A stretch of DNA of 64,000 bases from Alphaproteobacteria bacterium (GCA_963555825.3 CAUVXB020000001.1:736001-800000); one strand, 5' to 3'; positions 23,908 through 34,786 are shown, numbered from the stretch's first letter. The notes: generated by a model not told the origin, from the letters alone. A program made the numbers and translations.

Positions 23908-25557
23908 ATGGCGGACGCGGCGGCATCGAACCCATTCGAGAGCGGACTCGACAAGAACGCGGCCAATTACGTGCCGCTGACGCCGCTCAGCTTCATCGCG
24001 CGGTCGGCGGCGGTGTACCCCAAGCGGACGGCATGGATCCATGGGTCCCGGCGTGTCGGCTATGCGGAATTCTACGCCCGTTGCCGGCGGCTCGCTTCGG
24101 CGCTCGGCAAGCGGGGCATCGGCCTCGGCGACACGGTGGCGGTGATGGCGCCCAGCGTGCCGGCACTGCTCGAGGCGCATTTCGGCGTGCCGATGTCGGG
24201 CGCCGTGCTCAACGCGCTCAACTATCGGCTCGACGCGTCCTCGATCGCCCATATCCTCGGTCACGGCGAGGCCAAGGCGCTGATCACCGACCGCGAGTTC
24301 GCACCGACCATCGAAGCCGCGCTCGCCGAGACCAGCGCGACGCCGATCGTCATCGACATCGACGACGCGCTCTACGAAGGCGACGGCAAGCGGCTCGGCG
24401 AGATCGAGTACGAGGACTTCATCGCCGCCGGCGACCCGGATTACGCCTGGACCGGCCCGGCCGACGAGTGGCAGGCCATCTCGCTCAACTATACCTCGGG
24501 CACGACGGGCAGCCCAAAGGGCGTCGTCTACCACCACCGGGGCGCCTATCTGAACGCCTTGGGCGACGTGCTGGCCTGGGGGCTGCCGACCGGATCGACC
24601 TACCTCTGGACGTTGCCGATGTTTCACTGCAACGGCTGGTGCTTCACCTGGTCGGTGACCGCTATGGCCGGCACCCATGTCTGTCTGCGCAGGATCGAGC
24701 CGGGCGCAGTTTTCGATGCGATCGAGGCCCATGGCGTCACGCATCTTTGCGGCGCGCCGATCATTCTCAACATGCTGGTCAACGCGCCCGACGCGGCCAA
24801 GCGACGTTTCGACCGGACCATCGAGATTGCGACCGGTGGCGCCGCGCCGCCGTCGGCGATTATCGACGGCATGGCCAAGCTCGGCTTCCGTGTCACCCAT
24901 CTCTACGGGTTGACCGAGACCTATGGGCCGACGACGATGTGCGCTTGGCAGGATGCCTGGGACGATCTGTCGTCGGCCGATCTGGCGACCATGCTGGCAC
25001 GCCAGGGCGTCGGCTATCCGACGCTCGAGGGCCAGCGCGTCATGGACCCCGAAAGCATGATACCGCTGCCCGCCGATGGTGAAGCGATGGGCGAGATGAT
25101 GATACGCAGCAACACCGTGATGAAGGGCTATCTCAAGGACGCCGACGCGACCGCGAATGCGTTTCGCGGCGGCTGGTTCCACACCGGCGACCTCGGCGTC
25201 ACCCACCCGGACGGCTACGTCGAGATCAAGGACCGCGCGAAGGATATTGTCATCTCGGGCGGCGAGAACATCCCGACCATCGAAGTCGAGAGCGTGCTCT
25301 ACCGGCATCCGGCGGTGCTCGAGGCCGCGGTGGTCGCGCGGCCCGACGAGAAATGGGGCGAAACGCCCTGCGCCTTCGTCGATCTCAAGGATGGCGCCGA
25401 CGGGGTGACCGCCGAGCAGATCATCACGTTCTGCCGCGATCATATGGCGCATTTCAAGGCCCCCAAGTCCGTCGTCTTCGGGCCTCTGCCCAAGACCTCG
25501 ACGGGCAAGATCCAGAAGTTCGCACTGCGCGACCGGGCGCGCGAGCTTCGCGATTGA
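23908..25557 (+). CDS. Acyl-CoA synthetase (AMP-forming)
   Basis: YTSGTTGSPKG, YGLTE, TGDL, PKTSTGKIQK. Confidence 0.93.
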   Translation: MADAAASNPFESGLDKNAANYVPLTPLSFIARSAAVYPKRTAWIHGSRRVGYAEFYARCRRLASALGKRGIGLGDTVAVMAPSVPALLEAHFGVPMSGAVLNALNYRLDASSIAHILGHGEAKALITDREFAPTIEAALAETSATPIVIDIDDALYEGDGKRLGEIEYEDFIAAGDPDYAWTGPADEWQAISLNYTSGTTGSPKGVVYHHRGAYLNALGDVLAWGLPTGSTYLWTLPMFHCNGWCFTWSVTAMAGTHVCLRRIEPGAVFDAIEAHGVTHLCGAPIILNMLVNAPDAAKRRFDRTIEIATGGAAPPSAIIDGMAKLGFRVTHLYGLTETYGPTTMCAWQDAWDDLSSADLATMLARQGVGYPTLEGQRVMDPESMIPLPADGEAMGEMMIRSNTVMKGYLKDADATANAFRGGWFHTGDLGVTHPDGYVEIKDRAKDIVISGGENIPTIEVESVLYRHPAVLEAAVVARPDEKWGETPCAFVDLKDGADGVTAEQIITFCRDHMAHFKAPKSVVFGPLPKTSTGKIQKFALRDRARELRD

Positions 25558-25567
25558 GGAACAGCCG

Positions 25568-26346
25568 ATGACCAACCCCTTCTTCCTCGCCGACAAGGTG
25601 GCGATCATCTCGGGCGCATCGAGCGGGCTCGGCCATCACTTCGCGGTGGCCCTTGCTCGCGCCGGCGCCAAGGTCGCGCTGGGCGCGCGGCGCGTCGACC
25701 GGTTGCAGGAGGTGGTTGCCGAGATCGAAGGATTCGACGGCCGCGCGCTGGCCGTCGCGCTCGACGTCACCGACAGCGACAGCGTGCGCGAGGCGGTCGC
25801 CGCCGCCGAGACCGAGCTCGGGCCGATCTCGATCCTGGTCAACAACGCCGGTATCTCGGGCGGCGCCAAACGCGCCATCGAGGTCGAGGAGGCCGAGTGG
25901 CTCAGTGTGTCATCGACGTCAACCTCAACGGCGTCTGGCGCATGGCCCAAGAGGTCGCGAAACACATGGTGCGGCTGGGTCACGGTGGCTCGATCATCAA
26001 CATCGCATCGATGCTCGGGCTTGCCGCCGTACCGTACATACCCGCCTACTGCGCTTCGAAGGCCGCGGTCGTCAACCTGACGCGGGCGCTGGCGGTCGAA
26101 CTCGCGAAACACGACATCCGCGTCAACGCCATCGCGCCGGGTTATTTCGAAAGCGAGATGACCCATGAATTCCTGGGCAGCGCCGAGGGCCGTACGATGA
26201 TCGGTCAGATACCGCAGCGCCGCAGCGGCAATCCGGCCGAGCTCGATGGCGCGCTATTGCTGTTGGCGTCCGATGCGTCGAGCTACATGACCGGCAGCGT
26301 GCTGACCGTGGATGGCGGCCACACGCTGGTCATTCCGTCTCGTTAG
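25568..26346 (+). CDS. Short-chain dehydrogenase/reductase, frameshifted near 25905 (likely assembly error)
   Basis: SGASSGLG and NNAG in one frame, YCASK and VDGG in another; extra GT in AGTGTGTC. Confidence 0.85.
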
Positions 26347-26375
26347 ACGAGAGATAGCATTCGACCGGGGCGACC

Positions 26376-28058
26376 ATGACGAACCCACGCGATCGATTCG
26401 ACTACATCGTCGTTGGCGCCGGCTCGGCCGGCTGCATCCTCGCGGCGCGTCTGGCGGCCGACGGCGAGACGCGCGTGTTGTTAATCGAGGCTGGCGGCAG
26501 TGATCGGCATTGGACCGTTCAGATGCCCGGCGGCGTGCGGTCGCACTACCGTCCCGGCAGCCGCTTCAACTGGCACTTTTCGAGCGTGCCGCAGCGGCAC
26601 CTCGACGGGCGCGAAATCTACCAGCCGCGGGGCAGGGGATTGGGCGGTTCGTCGTCGATCAACGGCATGGTGTATCTGCGCGGCCACCCGCTCGACTATC
26701 AGCGCTGGGTGCTCGAGGGCGCGGCGGGTTGGTCCTATGCCGAGGTGCTGCCCTATTTCAAGCGGCTCGAGCGGTTCGAGCCGGGCGCCGACACCTACCG
26801 CGGCGGCGACGGCCCGGTCGGCGTGCGCCGGCAGATCGACCTCGATCCACTCAGCGCGGCATTTCTCGAGGCCGGGCGCCAGGCGGGCTTTCCCGTCACG
26901 GACGACGTCAACGGCCACCGCCAGGAAGGCTTCTGTCGCTTCGACATGAACGTCGACGGCGGTGTGCGCGCGAGCACGGCCCAGGCCTATCTCCATAATG
27001 CGCCGCGGTGCGCCAACCCGACCATCCGCACGGGCGTCCTGGTGCAGCGGGTGATTGTGGACGGACCGCGCGCGGTCGGCGTCGAGTTCGGGCGTCAGGA
27101 CCGAGTCGAAACGGCGCACGCCGAACGCGAGGTCATCGTCGCGGCCGGCGCCTTCGGCTCGCCCCAGCTGTTGATGCTGTCGGGCGTCGGCCCGGCCGAC
27201 CACCTGCGTGCACACGGCATCGACGTGCATACCGATCTGCCGGGTGTCGGCGGTAACCTGCACGACCACCTGGAGGTCCATGTCCAGCACCGGTGCCGCG
27301 AACCGGTATCGCTCAACCGCTATCTGCGCCTGGACCGCAAGCTGCGCGTTGGCGTCCAATGGTTCCTGTTCAAATCGGGCGTCACCGCGCGCAACCAGCC
27401 AAACACCGGCGCCTTCCTGTGCGGCAACGACGGCGTCGACCACCCCAATGTCCAGTTTCACTTCTTCCCCGCTTTCTTCGGTGGCGACTGGATCGTGCGC
27501 GCCGACCAACAGGGCTATCGGCTAGGCACTGGCACCATGCGCGGGGCGAGCCGCGGCACGCTTCGCCTGGCTTCGGCCGACGCGGCGGCCGCGCCGCTGA
27601 TCGATCCCAATTACCTGGCCACCGAGGTGGACCGCGTCGAGCTGCGCGAGGCCTTCCGATTGGCACGGGAGACCCTCGCACAGCCGGCCTTCACGCGCTT
27701 CGACGCCGGCGAGGCCGACCCCGGACCCGAGGTGCGGACCGACGCGGAAATCGACGCCTATATCCGCCAGGCATCGGGCAGTGCCTATCACCCCTGCGGC
27801 ACCTGCCGCATGGGCGGCGAGGGCGACACGGGCGCGGTGGTCGACAACCAGGGCCGGGTGAGGGGGCTCGAAGGCCTGCGCGTGGTCGACGCCTCGATCA
27901 TGCCGTCGATCGTCTCGAGCAACCTCAATTGCGTGGTGATGATGATGGCCGAGAAACTCTCCGACGCGATCCTCGGCAGGTTGCCACTCGAACCAATCGA
28001 CGCCGATTTCGCCGCCCGCGCCGCTGTAATGGAGATCGAACATGTCGCGAATCGCTGA
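26376..28058 (+). CDS. GMC oxidoreductase (choline dehydrogenase-like)
   Basis: GAGSAG, GGSSSINGM, YHPCGTCRMG, VVDASIMP. Confidence 0.9.
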   Translation: MTNPRDRFDYIVVGAGSAGCILAARLAADGETRVLLIEAGGSDRHWTVQMPGGVRSHYRPGSRFNWHFSSVPQRHLDGREIYQPRGRGLGGSSSINGMVYLRGHPLDYQRWVLEGAAGWSYAEVLPYFKRLERFEPGADTYRGGDGPVGVRRQIDLDPLSAAFLEAGRQAGFPVTDDVNGHRQEGFCRFDMNVDGGVRASTAQAYLHNAPRCANPTIRTGVLVQRVIVDGPRAVGVEFGRQDRVETAHAEREVIVAAGAFGSPQLLMLSGVGPADHLRAHGIDVHTDLPGVGGNLHDHLEVHVQHRCREPVSLNRYLRLDRKLRVGVQWFLFKSGVTARNQPNTGAFLCGNDGVDHPNVQFHFFPAFFGGDWIVRADQQGYRLGTGTMRGASRGTLRLASADAAAAPLIDPNYLATEVDRVELREAFRLARETLAQPAFTRFDAGEADPGPEVRTDAEIDAYIRQASGSAYHPCGTCRMGGEGDTGAVVDNQGRVRGLEGLRVVDASIMPSIVSSNLNCVVMMMAEKLSDAILGRLPLEPIDADFAARAAVMEIEHVANR

Positions 28059-29297
28059 TCTCGAAACCGTCGTCGCGCACGGCCTCTGCGCCAGTTGCGG
28101 TCTGTGCGAGAGCATCGCCGGGCGCGACCGCATCGAGATGGCGATCACGTCCTATGGCCAAATGCGACCCCAGATCAAACGCTCGCTCGAGCCAGACGTG
28201 CTCGACGACATCCTGGCGGTCTGCCCTATGGGGTCACGGTGACCGGACCGGCACCCGATCAGGCCGGGCCATCGGGCCACATGGACCCAATCTACGGCCC
28301 GATAACGACGCTACACCTCGGCTGGGCGGCGGACGATGCCGTGCGCCATCACGCGGCGGCCGGCGGTGCGATGACCGCGCTCGGCTGCTATCTGATCGAG
28401 AGCGGTGAGGTCGACGCCGTGCTCCATGTCGGGGTCTCGGCGGCCGACCCGATGCAGACCGACGCCCGGATCAGCACGACGCCCGAGGCGGTCGTTTCGG
28501 GGGCGCAGTCGCGCTATGGCCCGGCGCCACCGCTGCGCCACGTCCACCGCCTGCTCGACGAGGGCCGGACCTTCGCGGTCATGGCCAAGCCCTGCGACAT
28601 CGCGGCGATCCGTAACCTGGCGCGCATCGATGCGCGGGTCGAGGCGCAGATTCCCTACTGTCTGTCGATCTTCTGCGGCGGCTTGCCGACGCTGCACACC
28701 GCCCGCAAGATCGCCGCCTATCACGGCATCGAGGCCGAGCAGGTCGCGGTCTTCCGATGGCGCGGCGAGGGCTGGCCGGGACCGACCCATGTCGAGAGCA
28801 TCGACGGGCGCGCCTTCGACCTAAGCTACGACCAGGTCTGGTACGGCGACGGCATGCCATGGACCTACGACCTCCAGTTCCGCTGCAAGATCTGCCCCGA
28901 CGCGATCGGCGAACTGGCCGACGTCGCCTTGCCCGACGGCTGGGTCATGGAAGACGGCAAGCCGGTGCACAAGGAAGCGCCTGGCGTGAACGTCTTCGTC
29001 GCGCGCACGCCGAAGGGCGCGGCCCTGGTCGCCAGGGCAGCCGAGGCCGGCGCGATCGAGATCGAACCGTTCACCGATGCCGCGTTGGACGCCATGCACG
29101 GCGACCACCGGCCGCGCAAGACCGGCTGGCCGACGCGCATGCTGGGCTTGATGGCGGCCGGCGCGCCCCATCTGCGCGTGCACCGCTACCGGCGATGGGC
29201 GGCGATCGCCGCAGCCGGCTTCGGGCACGGCTGGCGCGGCTTCTGGGGAACCCGGCGCCGCGCGCGGGCGGGCGCGAACCGCGAGCCGCTCGCCTAG
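28042..29297 (+). CDS. FrhB/FdhB-family (F420 hydrogenase beta-like) Fe-S flavoprotein, frameshifted near 28228
   Basis: CxxCGxC..CP ferredoxin motif, GGAMTAL, SRY, KPC, FCGG, CKICPD..GELADV. Confidence 0.82.
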
Positions 29298-29462
29298 TTG
29301 GCGTGTTGGGTTAGTGGGTGATGCCGCGCAGGCGTTCGCCGCGGCGGCGCGATCGCCGCGCGATCAGTACAAAACGTCCGCCTTCACAAAAGCGACGGCG
29401 TGACATCCGCCTCCGTATCGGGCCTAGCGGATGCATCCCGCCGATGCCTTGGCGGAGGTGGA

Positions 29463-29553
29463 TGGCGGATGGGGTGGGATTCGAACCCACGAGAGGCTGT
29501 TAACCCCTGCCGGTTTTCAAGACCGGTGCCTTCAACCGCTCGGCCACCCATCC
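29463..29553 (-). tRNA. tRNA-Ser (anticodon UGA)
   Basis: GGATGGGTGGCCGAGCGGTTGAAGGCACCGGTCTTGAAAACCGG...GGTTCGAATCCCACCCCATCCGCCA; long variable arm; encoded CCA. Confidence 0.97.
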
Positions 29554-30009
29554 AATAGAGGTTTTCTGCCACTGTCTAGGCACCCTCTCAATCCGGTTTC
29601 GGATATAGCACCATACTTAGCACCAAATAACCCCGAGCGCCGAGGTTCGGCCAACGCGGGGCCTTTCGTTATGATGTCAGATCTCAATCGGCCGTTCGAG
29701 GTCACGGCAAACGGCGATTACCGGAGCTTCGGAGAACTTATCCACCGCCATGCCGTCGCGGGCGTCATCCTCGATCGCGCATCGCGTCTCGGCGAGCTTG
29801 AACAGTACACCCGACAGGCTGCGGGCCGGCGTGTCGAGAAAGCGTCGTCAGGCCCTATCATGCGCCTATGCGACGCACGCTGCGCGCGCCTGCAACGCCT
29901 GGATTGCGACAGCCGGCCGGTCGGCGATCCTCGCCGCGTCAGCCTTGTCTTGCGACACTATCGTGGGCGTCTCGTGTTGGGTGAATTCGACGTAACGCTC
30001 GGCCAATTC

Positions 30010-30651
30010 ACTGTCGGCGCAATCGACGGCCACGCGCTTGCGCCGATCGTCGCCGTGGCGCTCGGCACCAACGCGAGGCGCGGCGAAGTACTCGGCCTGC
30101 GGTGAGCCGATGTCGACCTCGACGCCGCGACCATCCGCGTCGAACACAGCATCGAGGAGACGGCAGAGGGATTGCGCTTTGAGCCCTCGAAGACGAAGCA
30201 CGGGCGGCGAAAGATCACGATCGGTCCCAGTACGATTTCGGTCCTGCGAAAACACCGCCGGCGCCAACTCGAGGCGCGCTTGGCCTCGGGCATCGGTAAG
30301 CCCGATCCCGACGCACTCGTCTTCAGCAGGCCCGACGGCGCACCCATATCGCCGGGCAACCTCAGCCGCGACTGGCGACGGCTGGTGATTTACCGCAAGC
30401 TTCCCCGCGTGTCGTTTCATGCGCTCCGGCACACGCATGCCGGCGCACTGGTTTCTGGTGGCCTCGATGCGGTGACGGTCAGCCGGCACGTGAGGCACGG
30501 TTCGCCCCGGATCACGTTGCAGATCTACTCGCATCTGTTCGAGCAAAGCGACAACGCGGCAACCGAGGTCATCGACGCAGCCTTGCGAACGGATGCCGAA
30601 CGGAAATCGCGCCCATTGGCACCGATAATCATTTCATCGAGGTCTGCATAG
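30010..30651 (+). pseudogene. Tyrosine integrase catalytic-domain remnant
   Basis: TNARRGEVLGLR*ADVD (stop at the usual Trp), KT, FHALRHTHA, RHVRH, TLQIYSHL; N-terminus missing. Confidence 0.85.
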
Positions 30652-30896
30652 ATGAAAGCGACCGCGTTTGGCCGATGCTGCACTCGGGATCGCGTTGCTG
30701 CGGCACCGGCATCACGAACTTCCGAAAATGGCTGCCCTCGGCTAATTCCAGACATTGAGCGATTGATGCTATGAGGTCCGCTTCCTGCTCGAATGCGGAA
30801 GTGAGTGTCATGAAATTTGGAAGTTGCGCTCTCTGCGTCCGGTTACCGCTCGGAAGCGGACCCCGCGCGATCATGCCGCCGTTGTCTGCATATGAC

Positions 30897-32582
30897 CCAG
30901 CCTGTGTAAAAACGTCGATGGTGTTATGATTCTCTCGTGCTTTGGCGGGAGGGTCTGATGAAGCGTTTTGTCGAGGGTGTCGATCGCAGCCAGGGCACGT
31001 TGTTTCCGGAGCGCCTGGAAGACTGGATCGGCGACGACAACCCGGTTCGGGCGATCGACGTCTTCGTCGATGAGCTCGATCTTGGCGGCCTCGGGTTCGA
31101 CCGGGTCGAGCCGCTGGCGACCGGCAGGCCGGCCTATCATCCTTGCGATTTGTTGAAGCTCTACATCTACGGCTATCTCAACCGGGTTCAGTCGAGCCGT
31201 CGGCTCGAGAGGGAGGCCGGGCGCAATGTGGAAGTGATGTGGCTGGTCGGCCGGCTGGCGCCGGATCACAAGACGATCGCCGACTTCCGCAAGGACAACG
31301 GCCGTGCGATCCGCAAGGTCTGCGCCCGGTTCGTCGCGCTGTGCCGGCAACTCGGGCTGTTCGCCGAGGCGAGCGTGGCGATCGATGGCTCGAAGTTCAA
31401 GGCGGTCAACAGCCGGGACAGGAACTTCACGCGGGCCAAGATGGCGCGGCGGGTGGCGCAGATCGAGGAGAGCGTTGCGCGCTATCTGGACCAGTTGGAC
31501 AGCGCCGACCGGCAAGAGCCGTCGCTGGCGCGCACGACCAAGACGACTCGTCTGGCCGACAAGATCGCGATCCTCAAGGAGGAGATGCGGCGCCTGAAGG
31601 CGCTTGAAGTCGAGCGGCGTGCGAGCCCGGACCAGCAGATCTCTCTGAGCGATCCCGATGCCCGCTCGATGGCGACGAGCGGCCGGGGTTCCGGCGTGGT
31701 CGGCTACAACGTTCAGGCCGCCGTCGACACCAAGCACCACCTGATCGTCGCCCACGAGGTGACCAATCAGGGCACCGACCGCGCCCAGCTCTCAGCCATG
31801 GCGAAGCGGACCAAGGCGGCTCTGGAGACCGACGAGTTGGATGTCGTTGCCGATCGCGGCTACTACAACGGCAAGGAGATTCTGGCCTGCGATGAGGCCG
31901 GCATCACCGTCACATTGCCTAAGCCGCTGACCTCTGGAGCCAAGGCCAAGGGCCGCTTCGGCAAACAGGACTTCGTCTATCTGGCCGCCGACGATGTCTA
32001 TCGCTGCCCGGCCGGCGAGCGTTTGGTCTACCGCTTCACCAGCCAGGAGAGGGGGCTGAGCATGCGGCGCTACTGGACCAACGCCTGTCAGGGATGCGCC
32101 ATCAAGCATCGCTGCACCACGGCCAAGCAGCGCCGCATCACCCGCTGGCAGCACGAGCATGTTCTCGAGGCCGTCGAGAGGCGGCTCGACGAGCACCCGG
32201 AGGCGATGCGTCGGCGGCGCGAGACGGCCGAGCATCCCTTCGGCACCATCAAGTCCTGGATGGGCGCGACGCATTTCCAGACGAAGACGCTGAAACGGGT
32301 GAGGACCGAGATGGCCCTGCACGTGCTGGCCTACAATCTCAAGCGCGTCATGAACATCACGGGCATCGACCCGCTGATCGCGGCGATGAGGACCGCATAG
32401 GCCTCTCTGCGCCGCAAATTGCGCCCATATCCGGCCAAATCGCAGCTCACACCGGCGCCAGCCGGCCGACAGGTCCGCACGAGTGGCGAAAATCCTTAAT
32501 CCCGGAATACCCGCCGCGACGGATCATCGAAGCCAAAGACGCGCCGTACAGATCACGCAGCAAACGTTCTTACACAGTCTGG
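30897..32582 (+). mobile_element. IS1182-family element
   Basis: IRs CCAGCCTGTGTAAAAAC / GTTCTTACACAGTCTGG; inserted in the loop of a GTCTGC..GCAGAC hairpin. Confidence 0.88.
30958..32400 (+). CDS. IS1182 transposase
   Basis: GRPAYHP, SSRRLE, PDHKTIADFRK, IDGSK, ADRGYY, EHPFGTIK. Confidence 0.93.
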   Translation: MKRFVEGVDRSQGTLFPERLEDWIGDDNPVRAIDVFVDELDLGGLGFDRVEPLATGRPAYHPCDLLKLYIYGYLNRVQSSRRLEREAGRNVEVMWLVGRLAPDHKTIADFRKDNGRAIRKVCARFVALCRQLGLFAEASVAIDGSKFKAVNSRDRNFTRAKMARRVAQIEESVARYLDQLDSADRQEPSLARTTKTTRLADKIAILKEEMRRLKALEVERRASPDQQISLSDPDARSMATSGRGSGVVGYNVQAAVDTKHHLIVAHEVTNQGTDRAQLSAMAKRTKAALETDELDVVADRGYYNGKEILACDEAGITVTLPKPLTSGAKAKGRFGKQDFVYLAADDVYRCPAGERLVYRFTSQERGLSMRRYWTNACQGCAIKHRCTTAKQRRITRWQHEHVLEAVERRLDEHPEAMRRRRETAEHPFGTIKSWMGATHFQTKTLKRVRTEMALHVLAYNLKRVMNITGIDPLIAAMRTA

Positions 32583-32636
32583 ACCCGAAGCAGACCGGCA
32601 AAGAGCGTTGGTACAATGCAATATGCTAACCGGTGG

Positions 32637-32878
32637 TCAGTAGCGGAGTTCAGCCGTGACCGCGTGGTGATCACTTGGCCACACACCATCTATTGGGTCG
32701 TTGCCCGTAACACGGCAATCCACGACGTGGCCCGCGCCACGGGCCTTGGGATCACCGACAAGGATGTAGTCGATCCGACGGTTGGGCTCGAATACGTCTC
32801 TGGCATAGGGGTTGGCGTTGTCCCAGGTATAGCCCGATCCCCCATCGCTGGCCCAACCCCATGCATCGTGAAAGAATA
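32637..32878 (-). pseudogene. 3' fragment of an endonuclease/exonuclease/phosphatase-family gene, truncated by IS
   Basis: DAW..GYTW..RRIDYILV..WPSDHHAV. Confidence 0.8.
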
Positions 32879-32950
32879 GGGAATTACAAAGAAGGGTTGA
32901 CATTTTCATGCCGCCTCCCCATATCTTAAGGGTAGGAAGGGAGAGTGGAA

Positions 32951-33925
32951 ATGGCGAAAAAAGCACCCGGAAAAGCTCACCGCAAGGGGCTCACCATCGT
33001 TCAGTTGATGGATATGTTTCCGACCGAGAAAGCCGCCACGGCGTGGTTCGAATCGGTAATCTGGCCAGACGGTCGCCACTGCCCCAAGTGCGGATCGCTC
33101 CGCACCAGTGAGGCCAGCCACGCGAAGATGCCCTATTGGTGCACCGATTGCCGATCCTATTTCAGCGTCAAGACGGGCACCGCCATGCAGCGGTCGAAAA
33201 TCCCACTTCGGAAGTGGGCGATCGCGATCTATCTGTGCCTGACCTCGCTCAAGTCGGTTTCGTCGATGAAGCTGAAACGCGACATCGGTGTATCGCAGCC
33301 GACGGCGTGGTTCATGCTTCATCGCATTAGGGAAGCCTGGGGCGGCGACAGCGAAGGTCCGTTCGACGGGCCGGTCGAGTTCGACGAAACCTACTTCGGC
33401 GGGAAGCGCCGCAACATGTCGAATGCCCAGCGCAAGGAGCTTGCGGGAACGGGCCGGGGCGCGGTAGGCAAGGTCGCGGTCGTTGGCGCGAAGGACCGGG
33501 CCACCAACAAGGTTGCGGCGCAGGTGGTAGAAGCGACCGACCGCGAGACGCTGCATGACTTCGTAGCCGAGAACGCCGAGCCGGACGCCGTGGTCTACAC
33601 CGATGACGCGGCGGCCTACGAAGGGATACCGAACCCGCATCAAAGCGTGAAGCACTCGGTCTCCGAATATGTCAACGGGATGGCGCACACCAACGGGATC
33701 GAGTCCTTCTGGTCGATGCTCAAGCGCGCCCACAAGGGCACCTTCCACAAGATCAGCCCCAAGCATCTTGACCGTTACGTCCAGGAGTTCGCTGGCAAGC
33801 ACAACATCCGCGATTCAGGGACGCTTGTGCAAATGCGGGATACTGTCGCTCGGCTGGTCGGGCGCAACCTTCTCTACCGCGACCTCATCGCGGACAACGG
33901 GCTTTCGTCGGGTTCCGGGGCGTAA
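32951..33925 (+). CDS. IS1595-family transposase
   Basis: CPKC..CTDC zinc ribbon, EFDETYFGG, YTDD, HTNGIESFWS, YVQEF. Confidence 0.92.
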   Translation: MAKKAPGKAHRKGLTIVQLMDMFPTEKAATAWFESVIWPDGRHCPKCGSLRTSEASHAKMPYWCTDCRSYFSVKTGTAMQRSKIPLRKWAIAIYLCLTSLKSVSSMKLKRDIGVSQPTAWFMLHRIREAWGGDSEGPFDGPVEFDETYFGGKRRNMSNAQRKELAGTGRGAVGKVAVVGAKDRATNKVAAQVVEATDRETLHDFVAENAEPDAVVYTDDAAAYEGIPNPHQSVKHSVSEYVNGMAHTNGIESFWSMLKRAHKGTFHKISPKHLDRYVQEFAGKHNIRDSGTLVQMRDTVARLVGRNLLYRDLIADNGLSSGSGA

Positions 33926-34012
33926 AGGCTCCGTGCGCCGGAACAGCGCCTTAGCCAGTTTTTCCGGCGTTGCGCCCGCAAGATCGCGGGCGGGATCAAG
34001 CATCGGTTTCAT
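33815..34012 (-). CDS. Small passenger ORF overlapping the transposase 3' end
   Basis: MKPMLDPARDLAGATPEKLAKALFRR; convergent with the transposase inside the IRs. Confidence 0.4.
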   Translation of the reverse strand: MKPMLDPARDLAGATPEKLAKALFRRTEPLRPGTRRKPVVRDEVAVEKVAPDQPSDSIPHLHKRP

Positions 34013-34023
34013 GATTGTTTAAT

Positions 34024-34569
34024 CTACCGAGATTTTGTTACAGCATGGTCTTCATACGCTTTCTCGCCGATCCAGTCCTCCAAATACTCCTTGTAATACA
34101 GTCCGTTGCGCTTCCCCCACGAGCACTCGTCGTTGTAGGTCTTAAGAAGATGACGCGCTATCTCCTTTGCCCGAATCGAAGATACTGTTGGGGAAGTGAG
34201 GAGTCCTCGATTCCGCAAGAGGGCCTCACCAATGGTCATCGTTTCGTTTGGCAAGCGCCATCGGACCAATGAGGAAACCACCAGAAATTTTATGGCCTCT
34301 TCTTCATTTATCCAGCCGACTTCAGGGTTGGCTGGGCTTTCTCCCGTGGTCGGGCTTTCTGCAATTATTTTTAGCGGTTTCTTCTGGGTCCGCCGCCATA
34401 TTTGTAGAACGCTGTTCCATATCTTTTTCCGCCAGTAGATGGCGCTGGGAAGTAAGCAGAGGGAAAGCAATGCTCCCCAGCCCCAATGTCCTAGTGGAAG
34501 CCAAGGCTCCATCAGAAACCCCAAGAAAATAGGGGCGACAGAAAGCCCTGCGATGACGAGAATCCACAT
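34024..34569 (-). CDS. Low-GC passenger membrane protein of unknown function
   Basis: Two N-terminal hydrophobic helices; lower GC than the host; lies inside the IS IRs. Confidence 0.55.
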   Translation of the reverse strand: MWILVIAGLSVAPIFLGFLMEPWLPLGHWGWGALLSLCLLPSAIYWRKKIWNSVLQIWRRTQKKPLKIIAESPTTGESPANPEVGWINEEEAIKFLVVSSLVRWRLPNETMTIGEALLRNRGLLTSPTVSSIRAKEIARHLLKTYNDECSWGKRNGLYYKEYLEDWIGEKAYEDHAVTKSR

Positions 34570-34786
34570 CCGCGCATCCTGCCCACGGGCCAAATAAATG
34601 TCAACCCTCCTTTGTAATCCCCTTAACAAGGGCGTGAACATTCGCCGCACTGGCCAGCGCGGTCGCGGATGTGGTAGTCGTCTTCATGGTGTTGCTTCCT
34701 TTCTTGGTTTAAGCACCCCGAGCCTACGGCTCAGGGGAAGCAACGCCACCCTAATTCAAAGTTTCAACAAATACCGGGACATCCCC

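Larger units (their letters stand above)
32879..34622 (+). mobile_element. IS1595-family element with passenger ORFs
   Basis: IRs GGGAATTACAAAGAAGGGTTGACATTT and AAATGTCAACCCTCCTTTGTAATCCCC (25/27 match). Confidence 0.85.

Noticed and set aside
30103-30105. TGA at a Trp position in the integrase (and in tauE at 56011), suggesting stop-codon recoding
   Set aside because: TGA terminates many intact genes here (mfd, tmk, hfq); TGG>TGA transitions in decaying genes are sufficient explanation.
29431-30105. 224-aa ORF spanning the tRNA
   Set aside because: It runs antisense through tRNA-Ser; only its last ~30 codons are integrase-like.
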